Shown: piece by piece, positions 1 through 9,774 of the stretch | Layout of the letters: each line of letters starts with the position of its first letter | Numbering within the stretch: position 1 is the first letter of the stretch | Assembly (NCBI GenBank): GCA_012295275.1 | Contig: SMMR01000021.1 | Coordinates: 1-14,413 of the forward strand | DNA from: Chrysomallon squamiferum | Lineage: Eukaryota > Animalia > Mollusca | Direction of reading: 5' to 3' | DNA: 14,413 bases | Translations under genes and position numbers: made by a program | Notes under the pieces: generated by a model | What the model was told of the DNA's origin: nothing | The model's database searches: none | Seen by the model: only the letters and a program-made list of their open reading frames with translations

Positions 1-725
1 TGTGAGTATCTACATATAATACGTGTGTGTGTGTCTACATATAATAATGTGTGTGTCTACATGTAATACCTGTGTGCGTGTTTCTACATATAATACGTGT
101 GTGTGTCTACATATAATACCTGTGTGTGTGTTTCCACATATAATACCTGTGTGCGTGGTTTTACATATAATACCTGTGTGCGTGTTTCTACATATAATAC
201 GTGTGTGTGTCTACATATAATACGTTTGTGTGTTTCTACATATGATACCTGTGTGTGTGTCTACATATTATACGTGTGTGTGTTTCTACATATAATACGT
301 GTGTGTGTTTCTACATATAATACGTGTGTGTGTTTCTACATATAATACGTTTGTGTGTTTCTACATATGATACCTGTGTGTGTGTTTCTACATATAATAC
401 GTCTGTGTGTTTCTACATATGATACGTGTGTGTGTCTACATATTAAACGTGTGTGTGTTTCTACATATAATACGTGTGTGTGTTTCTACATATAATACGT
501 GTGTGTGTTTGTACATATAATACGTGTGTGTGTTTCTACATATAATACCTCTCTGTTTCTACATATAATACGTGTGTGTGTTTCTTCTTATAATACGTGT
601 GTGTGTTTCTACCTATAATACGTGTGTGTGTTTCTACATATAATACGTGTGTGTGTTTCTACCTATAATACGTGTGCGTGTTTCTACATATAATTCGTGT
701 GTGTGTCTACATATAATACGTGTGG
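1..725. repeat. Minisatellite array, unit about 24-28 bp, consensus (GT)nTTCTACATATAATAC; runs off the window start
   Basis: CTACATATAATAC recurs about every 24-28 bp from position 10 to about 720, with a variable-length GT tract in each unit. ORFs 23..220 and 97..345 are translations of this repeat. Confidence 0.97.
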
Positions 726-1207
726 GTGTGCATGTGTCTGTGTGGATACAAATATATATGAGTTCACTTATAAGTGTTTCATAATGTCATGTTAATTCAA
801 GTATGAGAAGTATTAACAAAAACTATATTTGTTTACTATAAATGTAATATTAAAACAGATTGTTACCAGTTTGATTGTTTTTTGATCTGGTCATGGATCA
901 ATATATTTAGGAATTAATTTTATGTAAATTGTTATTTGATAAATATATATATATTTGGGTTTCTAATTCCGATACAGATACTAGACCAGTTATCGACATA
1001 ACTCGGGACCCCAGTTTCTGCATTTTCTTGTTCTATGACGTTTGAGCGACTATATACTCGGCGAAGTTATATCAGCGATCTGCAGTTTAAGCGATATATT
1101 TTTAAACGATTTTCTGTGATAAGAATATATAAAGAAACAAAATGTATTTTATTTAAGTATCTTCGTCTTACAAATCTGGAACGTTCGGAACTCTTGCCCA
1201 GTATATA

Positions 1208-1486
1208 GGTAAATATTTTCAGATAATTTACAATATGTGTCAATGTACTAAATCTTGTGTCAGTACACAAAACTCATTAACAGACTATTTTCCTTGTTGT
1301 GTTTGTGTTAGACACTGAAAATTTGTCTCGATTACCATTCTCAATGATGTAGAATGACTGGCAGGGCACAAACATAGACGAATTGTTCAGTGACCTTTTG
1401 ATACATGCAATTGCAGACATTTACCAAGCTATGCAAAAATAACTACATGTTTTTGATTCTTACTGCACAAAATGAAAACTAGCAGG

Positions 1487-1537
<51 letters not shown>

Positions 1538-2650
1538 TGATGATGATAAAAACATATTCTTAATTTGAATGACAACCACAAAGATTACAAGGAGGTGTTT
1601 TATGTTGGAAAATCTAAGCTTGATAATGTAGAAATTATAAATATGTCGATATTATTTTTCACATATCGAATAGCTTTAGTAAGACAAGAAACGTGTTATA
1701 TGCACAAGCACAGAAGGCTATGTATTTCATCTGTGAAAAGGAAGACATCATACTATTTTCATTTACAGGCAATGAAATTATTTAACTCCATGGTTTTACC
1801 AGTTTTTCTATCTGTTAGCAAAATTTAGGGTTTTGAAAATTTGTCATTACTGGAAAAAATAAGTAACCAGTTAATGAAATTGTTATTACCTGTAAGGAAT
1901 TCTACTCCGTTGTAGTTATTAAATGGAGAATTTGGATGTTATCCAGAGTATATTACTACACAAGTAAGAATGATTATTTACTTGTAAGTTATAATTACTA
2001 ATGTGGGGACTATTACTGTATGACGTTAACAATAATATTTGTAATCACAAATGGGTATTGCAAGCTAAATCTATTCTCGATGGTATTGCTTGTATATGTA
2101 TGTGGTTATCACAGTGTGATGGTATCACTAGTGTTGTTGTGTTGAAATCATGACTAACACAGGGCTTACAGATCGGTACTTACAACAGCGCTACTTTTTC
2201 ATTAATAAGTCGTCTAAAGCTTCCAATTATAAACTATTCAAAAGTACTGTCACATTAGAGACATATTTTAACTTTATAGAGAGAAAATCCTGCAGCCTAT
2301 TGTTTCCATTAGATTTCCATTGTGTAATATCGATGACATCGAAAGATGAGTTTCATTATATATTTATATGTATGATTTTTTGAGAATAAAAGGAACGGTT
2401 ACCTACCATTTTTCGGTCAGTGTAACCCAAGCAGTCATAATTTGTATTGATTATTTAATTATAAAAACACTTTTTATTTTCTGTAATTTAATCACGAATT
2501 TGTTCAAATCCTCTGTCTGATATATTGACATACAACATATATTTTATTATTATGCACATTATTGTAAATTTTGTCAATTTTGTTGGAACTGTTACAATTA
2601 TATTAACTTTTGTAGGAATGTATCCTCATATGCCGTAGTTCAATGAATTT
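1208..2650 (+). mobile_element. Decayed, 5'-truncated non-LTR retrotransposon (LINE) ORF2: reverse transcriptase C-terminal half plus C-terminal region
   Basis: Manual translation across stops and frameshifts gives collinear LINE ORF2 motifs: GKYFQIIYNMCQCTKSCV..TDYFPCCVCVRH/ENLS (about 1208-1330; cf. GVRQGENLSP); LLIHA-IADIYQAMQK*LHVFDSYCTK*KL (about 1395-1481; YADD lost); AMKLFNSMVLPVFLSVSKI*GFEN (about 1770-1840); VRNSTPL*LLNGEFGCYP (about 1892-1945; cf. GELGRYP); SKASNYKLFKSTVTLETY (about 2212-2265); DEFHYIFIC (about 2345-2371). The 3' boundary is approximate. Confidence 0.85.
1491..1547. repeat. (AAT)15(GAT)4 microsatellite inside the LINE relic
   Basis: Read directly from the sequence. 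Confidence 0.97.
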
Positions 2651-2983
2651 TCTTCACTGACTGTTCACTCGCGTCTCTTCACGTAATATGTGTGTACGCG
2701 ACATCTTTCATCCGACGCAATAAATGAATGTATAAACATACAAATAAATAAAGTAAAACATTTACTACGAGCTTGTTATTGTTTTGTTCGACTGACTTCA
2801 TTTCCGTGTGGGTGTTATTCTATCAGCATGCGTACACGGGTATGAATTTATGTAGGCGAGTATGTCTGTGTGTCTGCCACTGAAATCAATGTTTGTGTCT
2901 CCTGTCATCTGTCTTCCAGCATGTCTTGTCAAGTCCTGTCTTTCCTTTGGAGCGTCTGTTTTTACAAAACAATCTTTTTGTAG

Positions 2984-3164
<181 letters not shown>

Positions 3165-3814
3165 TACTGTCGTTAGTCTTATTCCTATCTGTCCGTGTTT
3201 GTAGTCACCGATACACTGGTGACATCTTCGGGAGCGTGACCCCTGAATTACTGTAAACCTTTCTCTGAGTTACTGGTTCCAGGTAAATTCACTAGATCGG
3301 CAGCGGACACTGGACTTGTTTCTGTCAGACAGTGAAGTCATTAACAGGTTGTCATTAACTCCTATTTAAAGTGAGTATAAAATGAAATTTAAAACTGGAT
3401 TTAATTTCTGCCCGTAACTGAATATCCATTAATTAAGTTTAAAACTATTTTTAGTCATAACAGTTATAAGCTATAATCACAGTTATGGGCCTTTGTTTGT
3501 ATAAAAATGTGTTCTCAAGTCAGAGAACCAATGATGACAAGACTAAAAATTATCATCAAGCAATGAATCAGAGAAGAAATATTCAAAAAAAAAAAAATAA
3601 AAATCCTACAACTTGCAGACTATCATATAAAAAAATTAGTAAAACAAACAAAAAACCGAGGAATTGAAAGAGAAACAGTATTTATTCAAGTAATAAAATA
3701 CAGGAATCAATTAAATATCAAAATAAAAATATTCATGATTACTGAAGCATAGTTCTGGGAATATGTCACCTTTTTCACAAATAGAAAACCTTTATTTTCA
3801 TGACTTAAACTAAG

Positions 3815-3988
3815 TTCACGGGGTGAAGATATGTGTGCAGTGCATCAGACTTTTACTGGCTAGGAATGTATCACAATATAAAGAAATTTGTCAAAACTTG
3901 TGAGGTGTCAGAAAAATGGGAAACCAAATCAAGTTATTCCCCAGTACCCCTAAAATGGGTGCCAATCAGTGGACCTGCTTTTTCAAAA
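3815..3988 (+). pseudogene. Decayed integrase N-terminal Zn-binding (H2C2) fragment, Gypsy integrase / GIN-Ginger-like, with exon-like boundaries
   Basis: HGVK..(frameshift)..FYWLGMYHNIKKFVKTCEVSEK...PVPLKWVPISGPAFSK matches the pattern H-x-G..FYWxGMxxDIxxFVxxCxxCQ...PLxPIPxxxPF of Gypsy-type integrases. The second Cys is lost. It is bounded by AG (3813-3814) and GTATTA (3989). No catalytic core is visible downstream. Confidence 0.65.
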
Positions 3989-5172
3989 GTATTAGTATAT
4001 TTATTTATACATGTGTGTGTGTTTCTATATATACATTGTGAGAATGAACTAGTAAAATGTGATGCTATACTGACAAGAAGTGTTTTATTTTGAATTATTA
4101 GAAACATAATAAATATTTTAACATTAGTACATTGCATTAGTGGCTCAGGTTTTGTTATTTCACTGAAATATTAAATGTTATTAAAGCTTGTTGTAAACTA
4201 CTGTTAGGATGAATTTTTGGAAGAGAAAACCTAAAACAATGGCTAAATAAATGATCATTACAAGCATTAACTTTTAAATAAAAATAAATAAATAAAATTG
4301 CCACTTAAGCCTGTACTTTTCACTAAGTGTATATGAATCATAACATAATCACATATTTGTCTAATTATATATATTCTAACATTAGATGGAAACTATCTTT
4401 AGAATAAATACAAAAATTACACAATAATAACAAGATTAATATACTTCTAAACTATAAACTATTATTGTTATAATTTATTATTAATTTTGATTTGCAGGCG
4501 ATAAATAATAAAACATAAAAATAAATAAATAAAAAGTAAATAATAAAAAAAAACACAACATAAACTTTAACTTGTAAGAATGCAAAATATATATAAATAT
4601 TGTGTTCACTTTTAAGTATAAATGAATTCTTTAGCTGAACTTTATCAGTTTTGTGTTGTAAATATGAACTCTATCATTTTGCATGTCTTTATAAAACACT
4701 TATTTACTTACTGTGATCATAACTACATAAAAAGCAACACTACAGCACAAGTAGAGTGACATCATAGAACTTAACTAGCTGATATGTGAAACATTTACCA
4801 TCAGATTTTCATTATTAACTCTGGTTTAACTGTAAGAAATATAAATAAACGTAAGTAAAGGGAAATAACTGAAAATGTATAACAATAAATGAATCAATGT
4901 AACAAGGTTTTTTCTTAATGATTTTATTACCCTTTTTGAAACATCGCATCTTTCATTACTGGTTTCTGTCAACAGACAAATGTTTATCTCAATAAAACAC
5001 CTGACAGCAGAAATGTGTGTGAAAAACATATCTTTCAAATTATATATGACTGGTAAAAGTAACAAAGAGTTTGTAGTAGCATTTGACTGAATGTAATAAC
5101 ATATGTGTGTGAATGACTGGTAAAAATATCAATACATCTTACTTCAAAATTTTGTCTTCTTCACTTTCCCTG

Positions 5173-5597
5173 TAATGAGAAATTATTACTATAATCATCA
5201 CAGCTATCATCTTGTGATGTAACTACATCACAAACACTGTCCTCGTATAATGAGAAATTATTACTATAATCATCAGAGCTATCATCTTATGATGTAACTA
5301 CATCACAAACACTGTCCTCGTATAATGAGAAATTATTACTATAATCATCAGAGCTATCATCTTGTGATGTAACTACATCACAAACACTGTCCTCGTATAA
5401 TGAGAAATTATTACTATAATCATCAGAGCTATTATCTTGTGATGTAACTACATCACAAACACTGTCCTCGTATAATGAGAAATTATTACTATAATCATCA
5501 CAGCTATCATCTTGTGATGTAACTACATCACAAACACTGTCCTCGTATAATGAGAAATCATTACTATAATCATCAGAGCTATCATCTTGTGATGTAT
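5173..5597. repeat. 75-bp tandem repeat, about 5.7 near-identical copies
   Basis: TAATGAGAAAT starts at 5173, 5248, 5323, 5398, 5473 and 5548. Only a few substitutions separate the copies. Confidence 0.97.
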
Positions 5598-5823
5598 CTA
5601 AACACCATTCTTATTATGGTTTAGACAACAATGAATGAATGATATTTTTGTTGTCTTTTTCTTAATTGAAATCTAACCGGGCTGATCCGCGTTGATCCAA
5701 ATCTTTAAGTCTCAGGCTGTCTCCGAAGAAAGATGAAATGTATTGAAATTCTTTTAAGCTGTTATTTTTATTTTATTTATTTTTTTTTTTTTTTAAAGTT
5801 CTGTGAGCCATAATCTTTTACAG

Positions 5824-5993
5824 ATCCTCTGTATTTCCGTACCACAATTAAAGTTTTCGAAAGGCGATGAATATCCGGATATAATGCTTATTGTGAATGA
5901 GGGTTATTTCCCCTTGTCGTTTATTTACATTGATTTCGTCCCTGGAGCAAGAGCATCTGAGCCAAAGATAGTGTTTCTGAAATATTATCGACG
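5824..5993 (+). CDS. Candidate internal coding exon of an unidentified host gene (170 nt)
   Basis: Acceptor TCTTTTACAG at 5823, donor CG|GTAAAC at 5994. Only one frame is open between them (ILCISVPQLKFSKGDEYPDIMLIVNEGYFPLSFIYIDFVPGARASEPKIVFLKYYR). It is more GC/CpG-rich than its flanks. I recognise no homology. Confidence 0.3.
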
Positions 5994-6188
5994 GTAAACA
6001 AATAACGATATAAGCGATTATTTTAAAGAATTTATGGACGAAAAAAAAATCTTCTTAGTTTATTTCAAATCCTTTCTTTTCAGAATAAAATAAAATCTAG
6101 GTTTCACTATTCTAATGATTAGTTCGTAGAATAAAACGTAAACGGTAATCCTAGAGGAAACTAGGTAAACTGTAGAATGACAGTACGG

Positions 6189-6219
<31 letters not shown>

Positions 6220-6259
6220 TGTGACGAAAATGCATGTGTGTGTGTGTGTGTGTGTGTGT
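6189..6259. repeat. Inverted (AC)13 / (TG)12 microsatellite pair with a 19-nt spacer
   Basis: (AC)n at 6189-6215 and (TG)n at 6235-6259. Confidence 0.95.
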
Positions 6260-6547
6260 ACAGTTAACAGTCTGTTTTGAATTTCTCACAGGTTTTTTTT
6301 CAATTATATCCCCAAGAAACGTTTTTTCTTAGAAAAACCCAACAAAATGTAACCATTTGAATGAAAAGTTTAATTCATAAGATAGCATCGTAAATATAAA
6401 TTTCCTATTAGTTAATAGCAATGAAATGAATGAATGAAGAATCTAGCATCAAGGGGGATAATTCTTATATATATATTTATTATGAAGGGCATAAATTAGC
6501 TGTTGTGAAAATATATATGTTCAATAAATTAGTTTTCTGTTTTCAAG

Positions 6548-6592
6548 AGAGCTGGATTTGGCATTCTTTGCACTGGCATAATAATGACTATG
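6548..6592 (+). CDS. Candidate 45-nt micro-exon (RAGFGILCTGIIMTM frame)
   Basis: Pyrimidine-rich acceptor TTTTCTGTTTTCAAG at 6547 and donor TG|GTATGT at 6593, with an open hydrophobic frame between them. No homology recognised. Confidence 0.3.
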
Positions 6593-6731
6593 GTATGTAC
6601 TCTCCTGTCTGTGGGATGGTACATATCAATGATCTTTAGCTGCTAATTGAATAGTCTGTATGTTCTTATCTGCATGGATGTGTACATTTGTGTTTGTACA
6701 TATAACTTCATTCATAGGACCAGACAGCAGT

Positions 6732-6759
6732 TATATATATATATATATATATATATATA
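6732..6759. repeat. (TA)14 microsatellite
   Basis: Read directly. Confidence 0.95.
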
Positions 6760-7057
6760 GGTTAGGACACTGGCTTGAAAAATAACAGACAGCTGGTTCA
6801 AGCCTCATCATTTGTAGATCAATGATTTGAGTTACTGTTTAGTGATTAAGTCTTTATGCATACTCCAACCTTGTGAAGAATACCTAATGTTTTACATTCA
6901 ATACAAAATTAACTGATTTTTTCTGATCTTGTCATGAAACAATTTAAATCTGAGTAAGAGTAAGAAATATTTCAAACCTTAAAATTGATTTTAAAAACTG
7001 TATTGTACTTGTTTTTTTTTTTTTTTTTTTTTTTTTTTGTCGTTGTTTTACAATATA

Positions 7058-7754
7058 CAGGGTAGCCCAGATGTAACCATTATTTGTAATACAGTGATGA
7101 CATCGTTCAATGGTTGATTCAGTTACTTTTTGTTTGAGCCTGGAGTTCCCGCGGACGATATGGGTGCAAGCCAATATCTGACGTGATGCGTTGTAAAGAC
7201 GATCGTGATATGCGCAGCTCTGCAGAAGCACGTCTCTGGAATTTGCGAGGCTGTTGACGTATGATGATGCTACTAATTCCTGGTTGGCAGTTGTCCTCGT
7301 TGTTCTTGGTGCACCAGGTTTATACGCGTCGGCGACGTTGTCAGTTCGTTTGAATTTTTGTACCAATTCGTAGACTGACGATTTTGATGGAGGTGGTGTA
7401 TCAAACGATTCATTCCAATGATCAGTAACATTTTTATAACTCCTCTCCGACAAATAATAACTTTTAACAGCATGAATACGTAAAATATTTTAAAGTGCGT
7501 CGTGTGTTGGACATGTCTGTTAAATGACAAAAATGATAAAACGAAGACTATCAAAGAAGAAGGTTTCCGTCCTCTCTTAAATAGGCTTTGCAACACTTTC
7601 AGTGGTGATGACGAAACCGGTTAACACAGCCATGCACGTGAAGTCTCTTTACCAGTTCTCCCTGATATCGATCGCTTCGGTACTTCGTGAAGCAGACTTG
7701 AAATCAGTGATCATCGATTGAGCTTTCGGGTTCGGTTACATCTGGGCCACCCTG
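7058..7754 (-). mobile_element. Non-autonomous, internally deleted Tc1/mariner-superfamily DNA transposon (697 bp)
   Basis: Left TIR CAGGGTAGCCCAGATGTAACC (7058-7078). The right TIR (7734-7754) reads CAGGGTGGCCCAGATGTAACC in reverse complement, 20/21 identical. TA dinucleotides flank both ends (7056-7057, 7755-7756). A transposase remnant lies inside. Confidence 0.93.
7075..7514 (-). pseudogene. Tc1/mariner-type transposase remnant: N-terminal HTH regions joined directly to the extreme C-terminus, catalytic domain deleted
   Basis: ATG at 7514: MSNTRRTL/(fs)LRIHAVKSYYLSERSYKNVTDHWNESFDTPPPSKSSVYELVQKFKRTDNVADAYKPGAPRTTRT (DUF4817-like HTH, with GAPR standing for the GRPR linker); (fs) QRRASAELRISRSSLQRITSDIGLHPYRP (second HTH); then LKQKVTE..ERCHHCITNNG, a typical C-terminal motif, running into the TIR. 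Confidence 0.88.
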
Positions 7755-7791
7755 TATATATATATATCTATATATATATATATATATATAT
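7755..7791. repeat. (TA)n tract abutting the right TIR
   Basis: Read directly; one C interruption. Confidence 0.93.
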
Positions 7792-8052
7792 TTGAAGTTT
7801 ATTTTAAAAAAATTCTACAAAATAATGAAACAAAGCAAAAACAGTTGAAGTAAAATATTTGTATTGACTCAGGTTAAGATTATGTGAAAACAATCATTTC
7901 TTATAATATTGTCTTTATGTATCAAAAATTCTTAAAACATCTTAAAGAAAAATAATAAAACAACCATTTTTATCTGTTTTGTACATCCAACACTCATACC
8001 ATAATCTATATTTAATACTTAATAAATATCCTTAACATTGCCAAAAACTTCT

Positions 8053-8623
8053 TTATTCAGGATTTACTGCTTTCATTGGTATTCGAAATGTCACATCTGA
8101 TTCATTTAAGTGTTCTCTATAATTTCCTTTCTTTTTCCACTTTTGTTGAGAGTTCTGAGATCTTCCCTTTGATCAATGGCTAACTGTCGCTTGAGAACCA
8201 GCAACATGCCCACTGCCTTGTTCATAACAGTTTACTCTGATTTATATTTTGTTAGCACACAAACCAACACCTTTCAAATTTGAGTCCAGGTTTGAAAATA
8301 GAGATAAACTGGTTTTGAGTGACAGCTGTGTAAATTGTATTTGAATCATTTCACTGGTTGCTGACATGTAATTCTGTAGACAACAGTCTTGTAAGTTGTG
8401 TTTGAATCATTTCACTGGTTGCTGACATGTAATTCTGTAGACAACAGCTGTGTAAGTTGTGTTTGAATCATTTCACTGGTTGCTGACATGTAATTCTGTA
8501 GACAACAGCTGTGTAAGTTGTGTTTGAATAATTTCACTGATTGCTGACATGTAATTCTGTAGCAGAACAGACAACAGCTGTGATATGTTTACTGCAACAC
8601 TGACCAGGTTGCCAGCTCGAGAT
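8053..8623 (-). pseudogene. Candidate decayed terminal exon interrupted by the 61-bp minisatellite
   Basis: Acceptor TTCTCTATTTCAG (AG at 8625-8624). With the repeat collapsed, one frame runs about 128 codons with two internal stops and ends in a TAA (8055-8053) that overlaps AATAAA. Confidence 0.4.
8322..8582. repeat. 61-bp tandem repeat, about 4 copies
   Basis: The G of TTGAAT(C/A)ATTTCACTG falls at 8343, 8404, 8465 and 8526. Confidence 0.96.
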
Positions 8624-8925
8624 CTGAAATAGAGAAATGAGCTGTCATAGAATATATCAATAGATATTATTGCTGCTGAACTAGAAACAAAAATATTTTT
8701 ATTTATTTATTTACTTTTTTGGTTTCAAATCCCACAATTACTACAAATACTATGCTTTCAGTTTAGAGGTACTGAGATCCTATGTCCAAATTACAGTTTT
8801 AATCTCAACATCACTTTTAACCTCTTCTTATGTTAAGGAATCCAAATTTAGCTCTCCAACTCAATTTTCTAAATTTTAGTTTGAAATACATGTTTAAAAC
8901 ATGAACATCTTTAAATCTTATTTAC

Positions 8926-9014
8926 CAGCTCTCTCTCTGTCATCTGTTCTTTCACCAATTTGACTGCATAAAGCCTTTATATATTCAGAATATTACAAGT
9001 GGAATCTTAAAATC
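8926..9014 (-). pseudogene. Decayed exon B' (paralogue of 11125-11219)
   Basis: Acceptor CTTCAG|GATTTTAAGATTCCACTTGTA, donor CTG|GTAAAT. Reads DFKIPLVIF*..(fs)AVKLVKEQMTEREL. Confidence 0.45.
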
Positions 9015-9342
9015 CTGAAGCTGAATCAAAGTCAATGAATATTAATTAGATATTTTTAAATATGTGAAAATATATAAAAGTGTAGTTAAAATGTTGTTGT
9101 AGTAATAAAAACATCCATATTAAATTGTATTCAAGTTAGTGAAATGTAACAAAACATTAAGAACTTAAATCTAAATTGTACCTGTAACAGAAGAATGTAT
9201 ATATAAATTAACAGAGAAAGACAGAGAAATAAAATCAGACAGCCATAGAAAAATACAGATCAACAGACAGAAACAAATAAGAAAGACTAAAAAAATTCAG
9301 ATAAGGAGAGAACAATAACCAAATTAAAAACTGAATATTTAC

Positions 9343-9447
9343 TGCATGGATTTCACCTTCTGTATTGTCCACGTATGTTTTCAGTTCTTCCTTTAGGAGA
9401 CGAGTAAGTTTTCATTTTCAGTTGTCACCTTCATCTTTTGAATCACC
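9343..9447 (-). pseudogene. Decayed exon A' (paralogue of 11675-11773)
   Basis: Acceptor TAACAG|, donor |GTAAAT. Reads VIQKMKVTTENE(fs)KLTRLLKEELKTYVDNTEGEIHA. Confidence 0.55.
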
Positions 9448-9774
9448 CTGTTAAAGTTTTTGCAAAAAAGGCAAAAGCTTTGTTAAAAAACCTGAAACAA
9501 CAACAACAACACCAATAATAATAATAACAATTACATCATCTTTATGGACATTGGTATGGCCGTATCATGGTGAAAATGAGAACTGAGGCATGAAACTGAA
9601 CTGACTCACTTTCTGTCACTCTAACCACTCTCTGTTTCTCTCTGTCTCTATCCTAATCTCTCTAGATTTTATTTTATATTTACCTTTTGTAAAAAAAACA
9701 GTTTGTTAAAGCTGTCAGTTATTTTTTAAAAAGTCTTCCAAAACATTAAAAATATTAAGATCCTAAAACAGAGC

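Noticed and set aside
23-345. Cys/Val-rich ORFs 23..220 and 97..345
   Set aside because: They are translations of the minisatellite, and unit lengths are not consistently multiples of 3.
1-725. CRISPR-like periodicity here and at 5173-5597 and 8322-8582
   Set aside because: The units are head-to-tail with no unique spacers, no cas genes are present, and the context is eukaryotic.
1067-1270. 67-aa minus-strand ORF
   Set aside because: Partly antisense to the LINE RT relic, with no recognisable features.
3204-3223. GTCACC/GGTGAC hairpin as a possible element terminus
   Set aside because: Only a 6-bp stem, and I found no matching terminus elsewhere in the window.
4826-5065. 79-aa minus-strand ORF
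   Set aside because: No recognisable motif, non-ATG start and no convincing splice boundaries.
7012-7038. Poly-T run as a terminator or retroposon tail
   Set aside because: No associated hairpin, element body or TSD is identifiable; treated as a simple mononucleotide tract.
7273-7596. 107-aa ORF overlapping the transposase
   Set aside because: It is an alternative frame of the transposon remnant and has no motif of its own.
8534-8623. SWIM-like reading SSWQPGQCCSKHITAVV on the minus strand
   Set aside because: It lacks the CxC half and exact CxH spacing and stops after 29 codons. A different frame stays open much longer, so the resemblance is probably coincidental, though not excluded given the nearby MULE.
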